DNA from: Orbicella franksi
Taxonomy: Eukaryota
Reading direction: 5' to 3'
Assembly: GCA_964199315.1 (NCBI GenBank)
Contig: OZ116709.1
Coordinates: 3,968,001 to 4,032,000 of the forward strand
DNA: 64,000 nt
The notes beneath the pieces are model-generated. The model saw only the letters and a list, made by a program, of their open reading frames with translations, was not told the DNA's origin and did no database searches. Each line of letters opens with the position of its first letter. The stretch's first letter is position 1. Shown piece after piece: positions 12,042 through 23,930 of the stretch. The translations under genes and the position numbers were made by a program.

Positions 12042-13870
12042 TTATTGTTGTATTGGCATTATCGGACAATCTAGTCCATAATTTCAGCGCGTGTTAGTAA
12101 TTGTACATTTCCTTAAACATTTTCTGAGATGGCTTTGGAGTCTGATTCATGATCGGCAGGTGCGGTGACAAGAACCACAGACATAAGTGGAATCAGTGGG
12201 TGGAGCAAGGGCCCCGGCCTTCTGACGTTCTCTCCTGGTATCCACTGTGATGTGCAGAAGCTTTTCTCCCTCTCGTAGGGCTTCAGTGCAATTTGTTTTC
12301 CATGCACTCCTGTCACTGGCAAGAGTCTCCCACGAATCAATTGGAAGACCAATGGCCTGCATGCCCCTCTTCGCCATGTCCTTGAAACGGAGCTTCGGTC
12401 GTCCTACCAGCCTTTTTCCTTGTACTAGTTCTCTGTACAAGAGTTGCTTGGGAATGCAGCCCTTATCCATTCGATGTACATGGCCAATCCACCGCAGATG
12501 TCTCTGGCGAAGAAGGGTGTATACGGAGGGGATGCCTGCTCTCTCTAAGACAGCACTGTTTGTAATGCGGTCCTGCCAGGAGATGGAGAGGATGCGCTGC
12601 AAGCAGCGCAGGTGGAACACATTCAGACGTTTTTCTTGTGCTGCATACGTTGTCCAGGACTCGCTACCATAGAGGAGCGTGCTGATGATGCAGGCTCTGT
12701 AGACAGCCATTTTGGTGGGAGTAGTGAGCTTCTGATTTTCCCAGACACGTTGTGAAAGCTTTGACATGTTGGTTGCAGCATGCCCAATCCTCTTTCCTAT
12801 TTCGGTGTCAAGGGAGGTGGTGCTAGTAACAGTAGAACCACGGTAGATGAAGCTGTTGACCGTTTCAAGTGCATAGTCCTTGATGAAGAGAGAGGAGGAA
12901 ACCTCTGTATCCTGAGTCATGATTTTGGTTTTTTGGAGGCTGATGGTTAGGCCGAAGTCATCACAGGCGTTCGAAAAGCCATTGAGGAGGTTCTGGAGAT
13001 CGTTGTCACTATGAGCAACCAGAGCGGCATTGTCGGCAAACAAAAAGTCTCTGAGGAGAACTTGGCTGACTTTGGTTTTCGATCTGAGTCGGGCAAGATT
13101 GAAAAGTTTGCCATCAGTGCGGGAACGGAGAAAAATGCCAGCATTTGTTGTTCTAAAGGCATGTTTCAGGAGCACTGAGAAAAAGATTCCAAAGAGGGTG
13201 GGAGCCAGTACACAGCCTTACTTGACTCCGCTGCGAATGTTGAATGCCTCTGACATGTTGTCATCGAATCGAACAGTACCGCGCATGTTGTTGTGGAAAG
13301 ACTCCAGAAAGCTCAGAAGCTTTGGTGGGCAGCCGATGAGAGGCAGGATCTTGAAGAGGCCATCTCTGCTAACCAGATCAAAAGCCTTAGTTAAATCAAT
13401 GAGGGCAATGAAAAGAGGCTGTTGTTGTTCCCTGCACTTTTCTTGTAGCTGTCGCAGAGAGAAAATCATATCAACCGTTGAGCGTTGGGATCGAAAACCA
13501 CACTGAGACTCAGGGTACACTCTTTCTGCAAGCTGCTGAAGGCGACGGAGTGCCACACGGGCAAAGAGCTTGCCAGCAACGCAAAGGAGAGAGATGCCCC
13601 GATAATTGTTGCAGTCACTGCGGTCACCCTGTTCTTGAACAGGGTTGTGATGATAGAATCTTTCATCTCTTGGGGGACCGCTGCCTACTCCCAGCATTTG
13701 CACAACAACTGATGGAGCACATTGCGAAGCTGGTCACCACCACATTTGAAGACCTCTGCAGGTATGCCATCTGATCCTGGTGCCTTACTGGATGAAATGT
13801 CTTTGATGGCACCTAGAAGCTCCTCTAGAGTAGGGGCATTGTCTAGTTCAGGCATGTTTGGCAGTCTCTC
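12042..13870 (-). mobile_element. 5'-truncated RTE-clade non-LTR retrotransposon (RT plus C-terminal Cys/His motif), inactive
   Basis: RT motifs KAPGSDGIPAE, NYRGISLL, PESQCGFR..RST.DMIF, DLTKAFDLVSR, GVK*GCVLAPTLF (stop at 13218), LFADN (D to N change), YRGS, LRWIGHVHRM and CGSCHRTCRS*IRLQSHLRKC. There is a frameshift near 13690-13703, a CAA/TAA-rich 3' tail, and a GGTGTA direct repeat at 12036-12041 and 13871-13876. Confidence 0.95.
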
Positions 13871-13876
13871 GGTGTA

Positions 13877-14500
13877 AGTCCCCAAAATTTATTCTCATCT
13901 TATTGTTGATGTCCAGGTGGCTTTCTGCACCCATTTAGTCTTGTGCAAGAAAGTCTCCAACCTTGACCATATTCACACCTGCATGGGTCACAAATCCTGA
14001 CCTCTAGCACTTTTGAGAAAAATGAATCATCTTGAGAAACAATACCCACCTAGCTGGCAAATTCTCCTTTTGGCCCTTTGCCTGCTGGGAACTTGAGTAT
14101 GAAGATCCTTGTCACAAGTCAGTGGGAAACTGTATCCTGATTGCAAACTTTATACTCTTATACTTAACCTTATACTTGTGCAACTTGGCATCTAAAGACT
14201 GAGTTTTAGTGTGTTCAGAGGGTTTGTAGAACATGGACTTGTGTTTGGTATAAGTCCCCAAGTTTTATTTACATCTTGTTGTCCATGTCCAGGCAGCTTT
14301 CTACACCCATTTAGCCTTGTGTAAGAATTCTCAAACTTTGATCTTATACACTCTGGTCACAGATCCTGACCTTTATCAATTTTATAATCATGAATCGTCT
14401 TAAGAAGCACATACAATGTCCACCTAGCTGGCAAATGTTCTCTTCGGCCCCTTGCCTGCTGAGAACTCAGTGTCAAGATTCTTGCCACAAGTCAGTGGGG
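13877..14500 (+). repeat. ~380-bp tandem duplication into which the RTE inserted
   Basis: 13877-14130 aligns with ~14255-14500 (AAGTCCCC...CACAAGTCAGTGGG). 11965-12041 aligns with ~14195-14250. Confidence 0.85.
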
Positions 14501-14539
14501 AATATGCAGGAAGGTAAAAGGCAAGTTTTGACCAGGAGA

Positions 14540-15040
14540 GGACAAGAGTCTGGCCAGAAGAGATAGCAAGTGAAGCAAAATAGTTGGCTGGAATGAGAAG
14601 AACCAGAGAACTGTGCAAAGCTACCATGAAAATCAGAAAATCAGGAATTGGCGAGATGGACACAACTGAGATGAGAGAAGCAGAGGTGAAGCACTGAAGA
14701 AGACAAAGAATGGTAATAATAATATGGTAGTCACAATGCTGTAATAACAGATGTGAATAAGATCAGTGAAGAGGTCTGATGGAGAAGGTGGACCTGGACT
14801 GGACTGGACATGTGCTTAGTATGGAGAGGAACAATGACTGAATGGTGGTGGCTGAGCAGCAGTGTGAAGGAAAAAGGAAAGTGGGATGATGAAAGATTGT
14901 ATGAAGAAGGACAATGGAAAAGGAAAGCAGACAGGACAGGAATGTCAGCTGGGCAAAGCCACGGGCACAGTACAAGACAGAGTTGGTTGGAGAGTAAGAA
15001 TTGAAGTCTTAGGAGCCTTCTAGCATGAAGAGAATTAACT
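14540..15040 (+). mobile_element. Old RTE-type LINE 3' fragment (second family)
   Basis: Degenerate translation ISEEV*WRRWTWTGHVLSMERNND...CEGKRKVG...QDRVGWRVRIE...HEEN* matches RTE C-termini (RRW.WIGHVLR...EG.R..GRP...DR..W). Confidence 0.7.
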
Positions 15041-15739
15041 AATTATTGAGAGATAGATATGAGGCTGGACTGACCACAATGATGCCACAAAATTCACCAA
15101 TCAACATTGTTAGGTGTAGAACTGTTAACTGAGCTGTCTTCATCATAGCTTACCATTGGTCGGAGCTACAGTAAAATCTGCATGAAATTATCTTTTGTCA
15201 AAACTATCTCTGCATTTGAGCTGGTACATGACATGCCATCTTCATATATTCTCTACATAAATCAAACACAACATACTGTAACCTGCCTCACAAGGCTATA
15301 AATCTGTAAAGGAATACAAATTCTCTTCATCACAGGTTCACTATAGATGCCTTCTTTGCCTTTGAGTGCAATCTACAACTTCTACCCTCCTGCTTCTTAT
15401 GCACTTGCGGGTGTGTTGATGCTTTGGACCATGATGCTACATAAAACTGTCCCGATTCTTGGGAATCTTCATGAGAGCCAATCAGATGGCCCTTGGATTC
15501 CCACACAGTAGTAGACTTAATAATCTCTGTTCTTCTGACATAATTCCTTCACCAATTTCTGCATTACACTCAGCTTGTACTGACTTGCAGCTTCCTCTTC
15601 TTTGCAGCTCAGTGCCCCCCCAAATCCCAGACTCATGAATCTTCCATTTTCAGGTGAATTTCTGTTGAGCAATGGATGAACTGAAATGTTTGGTTTTCAT
15701 GTATTTCCAATTTATAAAGCAATTACAAAAAAGGAAATC

Positions 15740-16690
15740 TACTAAATTGAGACATGAATGGGACTCAAATCCATGTTAATGAGCTTCAATCACTTTGGGA
15801 AGCTGGAAACTGAATTGAGTTAGAAAGGAAATGCTTCTACATCATATTCATTTCCAGAATCAAGAAAACTTTTAATTGGTGTTTTCACTGATAAGCAATA
15901 CCAAAAAACTTAGGCTTTAGTGAGATTCAAACTCATGACATTCCTTAAGGATTCTCAAGAACTTTTTAATGTCAGGATAAAGGTTTTAAAATTCTTTACT
16001 ATTGAGAGGCTGGATGTAACAAGATGGGATTCAAACCCATCAGTGATGCCCTTTTCTGAGTCCTTCAAAATTTGAAGGAGCTTTTAATTTTTTTTCTTCT
16101 AAAAAATTGGAAACATGGGTTCAAAAAATAATGCAAGCACCCTGTGAAACCAGGAGGGGGATCAAATTATTAATGAGAAGTGTAAGTATTTGCAGTGTAA
16201 TTAAATTACTTATTATAGCTTCTTATAACATGGGAAATCAAGCCTGTAAAATTCAGACTTGGATGGGATTCAAACCCATGACCTAAGTAAGAATGCTTTC
16301 ACAGCTTTGTTCTCTTTCTGTTGAGAAACTGGAAAACTTCAGTCAAGAAAAACACCTTGAAACCAAATGAAGCATAAAGAGGAGAAAAATGTATCCTAAA
16401 ATTAATGAGTAGAGGAGTATTTTACTAAGCAGAATAGAGACCTGTGAACTTCAGGCTTTTGTGGGATTCAAACCCACGATCTTTCAAAAGACCTTTTGAC
16501 TGCCCAAGAACTCTGAACAATTTAACTCTTTTGGTATTGGAATATTTTATTGAAGAAGAAAATTCTTTCACCAAGAAGGCTTTAAAGGAAATCAACACAT
16601 TTTTCAGAAGTATCTGAAACTGAAGTCATTTCAAAGTTAAGAATTCAAGCTTGAATGGGATTCAAACCCGTGGTCTTTGCAATTACCTGC
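15740..16690 (-). repeat. Cluster of six tRNA-derived SINE fragments (B-box reverse complement)
   Basis: Motif (TTCAGGCTTGAAT)GGGATTCAAACCC(A/G)TG recurs degenerately at ~15757, 15920, 16025, 16263, 16462 and 16656. It is the reverse complement of a GGTTCGAATCC B-box. Related single copies lie at ~20980-21005 and ~34225-34325. Confidence 0.65.
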
Positions 16691-17339
16691 AATCTGCAGG
16701 GAAGTGTATGATTAAAGTTATTTCTATCTTGTGTCATCAAAAGTAAACTTATGCATGTTCTTGAAAGTTTGTTATAGCCCTTTAGTGCTTAGGTGCAGAA
16801 GAAATGTCAGGTGGTACCATGAAAAAAGAATACAGTTCACACTGCAAAGTAAAGCCAACAAGGAAAAGACATGGATTCTACACCACAGGTATTGACATGA
16901 TCAGTCTTGTCAGACAAGTCGTCTTAAGTTTTATGGAGTTACGTGATAAAAAGTGAGTCTTACGACACATATTGGACAATTAGCAGCTCTTACTGAATTC
17001 TAAAGTTGTGTTGGACAGTGTCATGTTAATTACAGTCAACAAGGTACTGGTCTCTGAAGTAGTTTAAAACCAGGAAATTGTGAACTGAAACAACTGCCTG
17101 TGTCAAAATTAACAGTCAAGTGCATTTAAGGAAAGGCCACCATAATTCTCTTCTATTCACTTTTTTAATTGGCGTTGGTTCCATCATTGGAACTTGAGAC
17201 CACAATATCAAAAGAATTTGGTGCAAGAACTCTAACCAGGATTTCAGTTTATCAAATTATTGAAACAGCCAGGTTTAAGAAACCCTTTTTTTTTTGTTTT
17301 ACCCCACCTTGATCAAGTGGGCCTTCTGTCCTAATCCAT

Positions 17340-20300
17340 TTTAATTTTTTCCTTAGTTCCTGATGAGCAAACAGTGAAGTCTAGTTTTGCCATCACCTTC
17401 ACCCATACAAGACATTAGCTCCATCCACTCAAGACAAGATCTGATTCCAACCACAGAGGTAATGGATAAGTGAAAAATACCAGAAGAAGAGAACGAGAAG
17501 ATGAGGAGAGTGGAAACAAGTCAGTAACATTCTGATGGAGGATGTTGGTCAGTGAAATTGTTTGTGGGTTGGGTGGGGAGGGTTAAATAGAGCTCTGGTT
17601 GAACCTTAAATCAAATTTCGGCCAGAAGTCAATGCACTTCTGATTCGGCTTAAGTAACTGTAGTTAATGTAGTTAGATTAGTTAGTAGGGCCCCAGGTTT
17701 GAGGTGGCTCCTCCCTTTAGATTTTTCCATTGGGTTTCTTTTCAAGATTTTCGGACAAGTTTTGGCTACTTCGGCTCTACTTCGACTGCACTTCAACACT
17801 TCATTGGCTCCATTTCGACACTATTTTGGCTCTACTTTGATCGGCATAATTTTCGCTTCACTTTCGTTTTGCTGCATCTCCCTGCTTAGTTGCGCAGTAT
17901 ATTGAAACAATTTGATATGCAAAAGTTTCCCTCAATGGCAGTGAGTCTAAGCGCTGTGATTGAGTGAAACTATGTCGTCCAAAACCATTTCTTAAAACTG
18001 TTATGGAAAACCATTTTGGCACTAAAGGTTCAACCAGACATTTACTTAAATGTAGGTTACTGTAGCTGTTATCTCCAGTTGTAGCCGTTAAGGCTTGGGT
18101 AAATAAGCAGTTAGAAGGGATCATGCATACACCTCGGCTAGGATCATTCACAAAAACACTTAGGCCAATTGTCTGATGTCATATTTTGGCAGTTTGATGG
18201 CTGCCAGTCAAAATTTTGGGCCATTATCGCTGGTTAAATTTTAAAGTTTTAAGTCAATTATCTCGCCATGGCAGTCATCTGTCAGCTAAATTTTCGGAAA
18301 GTCATTAATTTTTCCAGAGTGTATTGTAAGCTCTCAGTTTCAATGCTGGCCCACATGTTAGTTTTCAGTGCAAACTCCTAGGCCAATTGTCTGTCATGAC
18401 AGTTTGTCAGCTGTCGCCAAATTTTTTGATAATATGTACATGTAATCTACATGCTGACGAGCTTGGAGAGGTATTCCTGTGTCTACAAGCTACCAACCCA
18501 CACAAAGAAGGGAAAGGCCTACACCATGAAATGAGGTATGTGGAACCTACTTAGCATAGTGTGTTGGTTTACACTGGAATACACCATTTGCATCTAATCA
18601 TAGCTTTTGCCAATTCTACCACAAGTGAAATGCTTGGTAAATATTATTTGATCTATTTTTACCAAATCACTGTCCTGACAATATGATATAGTATTTGGGA
18701 TTCATGGCTTAGATTGGAATGAGTGGTGTATTCAAGTGTTGAACAACAGATCTCTATTTTCGGCTTTCGGTTCGGTTTTCAGTTTGGCTTCAAGTTCGGC
18801 TTTCGGTTTGGCTTTCGGTTTAGAACACAATGGCTCAAATTTGTTGCACAAAGGCTTGGTTGTGACTGTCAATCGTTAGCAGGCCACTAAATATGCTGAT
18901 GTATCATCTGGGACATCCTGAGTGTTCAAATCAGAGTGCCAACTGGCATGGGAACACTTGAGGTTTCTGCGGATGCTAAATTTTTCAAATAGGAACGCGC
19001 CCCCTCCCTGATACATACTTAGGTCCTGTGGATTAATGTAGAAATGATGTAACGGATACTTACTAACAATAAAACAAAAAAAGCCTGTGTCTCTGTGTCA
19101 TTTATTTTAAATTTAGTTTTAACTTTAAATTACTGTGTGTCTGTGTCAATTACTTTCAGGCAATAGAAAATTTAAACAAATTTATTATTTTTTCTATACT
19201 TCTGACCGAGCCCATTTTCGGGGGCATACCAAACAGTCAAAAACAAGAATGCGCGATCTCGTATGTACTTATATGTAGGTCCTGTGGATAATTGTAGCAA
19301 TGATGGAATATAATATCTTTCAATAAAATTATACAAAACCGATGTCTCATTTTTTAATTTAAGGCAGCAGTACTGGATAATTTTGGTAGTGCTATTCAAA
19401 AGTAAATTAAGTTGCTTCTGTTTTTGAAATGAATGTCCTGTAGAGTAATTAATGTACCAATAATGACAAATATCTGAAAACAATAAAACCCAAAAACTTG
19501 TTGTCTGTGTCATTTTCTTTAATATTAACACAATAGCGCTGTTTGCTAACATATTTTTTTTTCAGGATCTTCAACTTAATGAGGTTTTTTTGGTAGTTAC
19601 AATTATGCATTGCGGTGATGACAAATTTGGCCAATAAAAGACAAAGTCAAAATATCAAATTTTTAGTGAACCGGTCCATTTTCGGGGACTAGCTCATTTT
19701 CGGGGGCATTGTCATAACATTTTGTTTTGTTTTTTACAAACGCTAAAATCTGAAACAATGATGCAATTTCTAACCAATACGTTTAATCCAGATCTTGTAG
19801 GCAAGTTTTGTCACCACCATGATGTCATGAAAGCTAACATATGAAGAAACAGAGAGAGGACAAGAGGTCTACAAACAATACTTCCTTCATCAGACAAGGT
19901 AAGTCATATACTTCAAACAATGTGGCAAAGATATTTACATTTTTGTTTTAGTTTGCAGACTACCTACTTAATGTCAGTCAAGTTCAGGCAAGAGGAAACA
20001 GATACTCTGATGTAAAAGGAAGAAGAGGTAAAGCAGTCATAATTCTAACTAATTTACAATACTGACAGGAGCTCTGGCAACAAGAATTTCCATGATAGAA
20101 GTCAACTGTCTGTTGGACATTCAATTAAAATCATACCAAATGAAGCAGACATGGTTCAATTGTCTCAGTCTGTGGAAACAGAAAAATTCAATGTCCTTTT
20201 CAGTAGAGCATATATAATACAAACATAAATGAAATGTCTGAGGAGGATTGGAAAATGATTCCTTATATCAATACTTTTCAGCATGAGTGTATGTTGTTCA

Positions 20301-20450
20301 AAAGAATAATGACCCAAGCATAAGTCAATTGTCTGTATTGGAATCAATTTTCTTTTAATCAAACACACCGATTTCAGCAGTGCATAAGCCTATAGATGCA
20401 CTCGTAAGTCAATTGTCTTTGAAGGAATTAAAATGAAATTGTTAATTTAT
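17340..20450 (+). pseudogene. Segmental repeat copy 2 carrying the 3' exons of the decayed multi-exon gene
   Basis: Exons 17357..17458, ~18450..18535, 19566..19583, ~19798..19898, 19952..20027 and 20069..20095 (ELWQQEFP*). Premature stops at 17416 and 20013 differ from those in copy 1. Confidence 0.55.
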
Positions 20451-21577
20451 ACCATTTTTCAGCGGTGATGGAAACATAAGTCAACTGTTTTAAGGAGAGT
20501 TAAACACCATTTGCATTTCACACTAACCTTGACCAGTTACCACAATGGTTAGTCAGCCATCCAGACTACAGCCTTCCTTGTACATCAGCATCACAGAAGA
20601 GATCCATTGTGACCAAGCAGGTGTAGTATAACAAAACAAAAGGCATCCAATATACAAGGAATGCAAAAGACGCAAATTCTCTTGAGAAAGTGGAAAACTT
20701 AATGAGTTAAAAAACCACTTTGGACACCTTGTGAAAACATAAACCAGGGGTTTCATCGATGTTTTCAGCGGCAAGGTAACTAATTTTCACAGGTGGCCAA
20801 AACATTTTAAACTGAACCTGCACAAACCAGGTGGGCAAAATTGTCCTCACAGCCTGTTAATTTCTCAATGCCAGTGCCCAGCCCTTGATGAAACTCCAGA
20901 TAAAGGGGATAAAAACTGGTTTATGAAAGAAAGTAGTGGAGTAATATTGCACTGGCAGGAAGGAAGCCTGTAAAGTTCAGCCTTTTGTGGGACTTGAACT
21001 CATGACTGTTTGGCAATTTGCATGAAAGGGAGTTCCATCACATATCATCAAAAAGTGAACTAATGTGCGTGTTCTAGAAAGTTTTTCTAGTTGTTTAGGG
21101 CCTATTTGTAGCAGAAACGCCAGTGGGTAGTATATAAAAGAATTCAGTCTACACTATGGGAAGTCACACAGGACAGCCAACCAGAGAAGAGACGAGGAAT
21201 CTATGCCACAGTTACTGAGCTGATCAATCGCGTCGGACAAGCACAGAGGCTAAAGTCATGTCATGCATTGAACAAGCAGCCTTGAATAAGATCAACAACT
21301 TTCATTGGCTGAAGTATACATCCCATGCAGAACAGTCAAGATGGACAACATCATGTGAAGGTACTGATCTCTGATGTTGTTTAAAACTAGGAAAATGCAA
21401 ATTGGATTGCCTCTTAATTCCTTTCCTTTTGGAGCCTCAGTCCATGCTATCAATATTTTGTTAGGAATGACAAGTTGAAAATGCTAAAAACACATTGGTG
21501 GGGAGTGAAAACAAGTCAAAAGGAAGAAGGTATGATTTTCTGATGGAGATCCATGGTTTGTAAATAATCGTATTTAA

Positions 21578-22207
21578 AGGAGAAGGTCACTCCAAGAAGC
21601 TTATAATTTTGTCTTCACCTGTAGCAAGAAAACATTCAGCTTATTTTTCACTCACCAACATTTCAGCCGCTAAAGTGCCTGCTATCCTGAAGAAATTCGT
21701 TTCGAAAGAAGCTACTTGGGAGTCTGCCATTTTGAACTGTTCTTGGCAGCCAGGCTGTGTTTATGAGACATAATTCCGTCCAACTCGAAATTGGTGGGAA
21801 AAAGAAAAACCTGCAACTGACTTTGTATCCTTCACAACGTCAGTAAAATGACGAGTGATCATCCACTTCCCTATCTTCACTGCTTTCATTTTCAGAGTTT
21901 GGAGCATGTTTGGCCCAAAATAATACGGCTTCAGAGCAGCCATAGCCCAGAGTGGTAGTGAAAGGCTTGTCGGAAGCCATTGGGACAAACTGTCTTGGAC
22001 GGAATGATGTCACAAAAACGTGGCCTGGCCGCCGAGTATTGTTCAAAATGGCAGCAGCAATGTCAAATTTTGGGCTTCTTTGGAGACAAATTTCACATGG
22101 AAAACCTGTATTTTAGAGGCTGAAACTTCAGTGAATGACCTCACTTAGTGCCGGGTTTTTATTAGCATTGACAAAAAAACACACATTTTCCGAAGTGACC
22201 TTCTCCT
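21578..22207. mobile_element. Kolobok-like non-autonomous DNA transposon
   Basis: TTAA flanks (21574-21577, 22208-22211) with AGG...CCT termini and a perfect 14-bp TIR AGGAGAAGGTCACT. An internal ~60-bp inverted repeat pair lies at ~21724-21783 and ~21995-22053. Confidence 0.75.
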
Positions 22208-22254
22208 TTAAAGCCCTCTAATAGTTAGCAGAAACTTGAAATAATTGTCTAGAT

Positions 22255-22378
22255 GCATTTTTCCCCTTTGTGGTTCATGGCACATAGGGCTGCAACATCT
22301 TCTCTCCACCTCAATCTTTCCCTAGCTCTAGATTGTGCTCTGCTGCAATCTGTGAGTTCCAACCCAGCTTGGTCCTTT
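22255..22378 (-). mobile_element. RTE LINE extreme 3' fragment
   Basis: The minus-strand translation ends ARERLRWREDVAALCAMNHKGEK, resembling the RTE terminal W...V.ALCA..H motif. Confidence 0.6.
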
Positions 22379-23597
22379 ATTGGTCCTAGATATACTGTGT
22401 ATTGTTTGCAAATTTATGTATTTCTGGACTCAAAAATCAGTTAACAAATTTCTGATTACCAGTAGTCGCTTTTGTGATGAAACTGACAATATTTTTTGTA
22501 CCTTTTTGTGCCAAATCCACACTTGACAGAGATGCATCAGTGGATAACATCGGGAGCTCTCATCTAATATATTTACCTGTCATCAAGCTGATCGCAGTTT
22601 CTTCCATCATTAACCTCACAACAGATGATCAACATCAACAGACCAGTCAGATCAACCTGAAAGGATGATATGAAAGCAATAAACTTGAGCAGGCTATTGT
22701 TCAGTGAAGGTAAAATGTGTTATATCAAGCTCAAGATTCCTGATAAGTTCCTTGCATTATGTAGTTCCAGGAAATTTTCATACCAACCTCAACCAAGGTC
22801 ACTGGAGATTTGGAGCAGCAGGTGGGGGGTGGGGGTGTTTCAAAATCTAAAGATATCAACTGTAAGAATGGAGCACAATTGGCACTATCCCAATTGCACT
22901 CAAGAAGTTATTAGTGAGACACCTGGTAAAGGGAACCAATCCGATCCCATTGAGGCACTGCTCAATACTTTGGCCAACATGTCATCTGACACACTGCTGA
23001 AATGCACTAGCCGATGACAAAACACAGATGCACTACCAAAGAGACTGAATGTCAGCTGGTATGTTGGCTGATGTATTGGCTGATTCTTGCCAGGTTAATT
23101 GTTAACAGTGATGATCATAAACTTGCAATTTTAATTACTTCACTAATCAACCGGATTTCTATCTTCTTTTTTAAGACATGACAACAGATGAAGGCAGACA
23201 GTCAACGGGCATGTTACTGGGTGGATCTGGTATGATGATCAAGTTACAGAGGTGTCAATGGAACCAGTGGAAAAGGAGACAATACATAATTTTCCAGGGA
23301 ACTGTATTAATTATTGTATTGGATAAGTCATGGACATCATTGATGTTAACAAAGACCGTTCAATTTTAAGGGAGTTCTGACAGAATGACTAGATGAATAT
23401 TTTCAGATTCATTTCTGCCAGTAGGTCTGTTTATTCATCCTCAAGTCCCAGTGGAAATCAAGGTCTGTAAAGTCTGTTTAGGTGTTGTCTAGGTTTGGCT
23501 ACAGGTTCTAGTGTCTTGTTCGTTTTTTTTAGAAAATTATCAAATCACAAACAGACTTGGGTCATAACATCAAATGAAACTTCTAGGTAACATCCTA

Positions 23598-23930
23598 ATG
23601 CCAGGAAACTTCAAGCTAAGTATTTGGAAATAATAGTTTGAATACTATTATTTACAAATAGTAGCTTAATTTTAAAGAGAATGTCAAAGCTATTTTTTAA
23701 TTTGAATAATAATTTAAAAGTTATTATTTGAAATTGAAATAGTTTGCATTGAAAGCCAGGAAATTTTAAGCTAAGTATTTGGAAATAGCAGTGTCAATAC
23801 TATTATTTACAAATAGTAGCTTAATTTTAAAGACAATGTGAAAGCTATTTCTTTAATTTAAATAATTCTTCAAAAGCTGTTATTTAAAATTGAAATAGCT
23901 TGCATTGAGAGCCATAAAATTTAAGAAATA
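23598..23930 (+). repeat. AT-rich tandem repeat, ~155-bp unit, 2 copies plus a partial
   Basis: Unit starts GCCAGGAAA(C/T)TT at 23600 and 23755, with a partial GCCATAAAATTT at 23911. Confidence 0.9.

Noticed and set aside
12247-13774. Plus-strand ORFs (141, 158, 98 and 75 aa) over the RTE
   Set aside because: They are antisense shadows of the RT coding sequence on the minus strand.
15740-16690. Repeat-spacer pattern resembling a CRISPR array
   Set aside because: The repeats are degenerate tRNA B-box/SINE fragments, the spacers are 100-240 bp and irregular, there are no cas genes, and the context is eukaryotic.
7849-18151. Paired 97-aa minus-strand ORFs at 7849-8142 and 17858-18151
   Set aside because: They lie in the near-identical core of the duplication, so shared openness is expected. 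There is no recognisable domain and I saw no synonymous bias.
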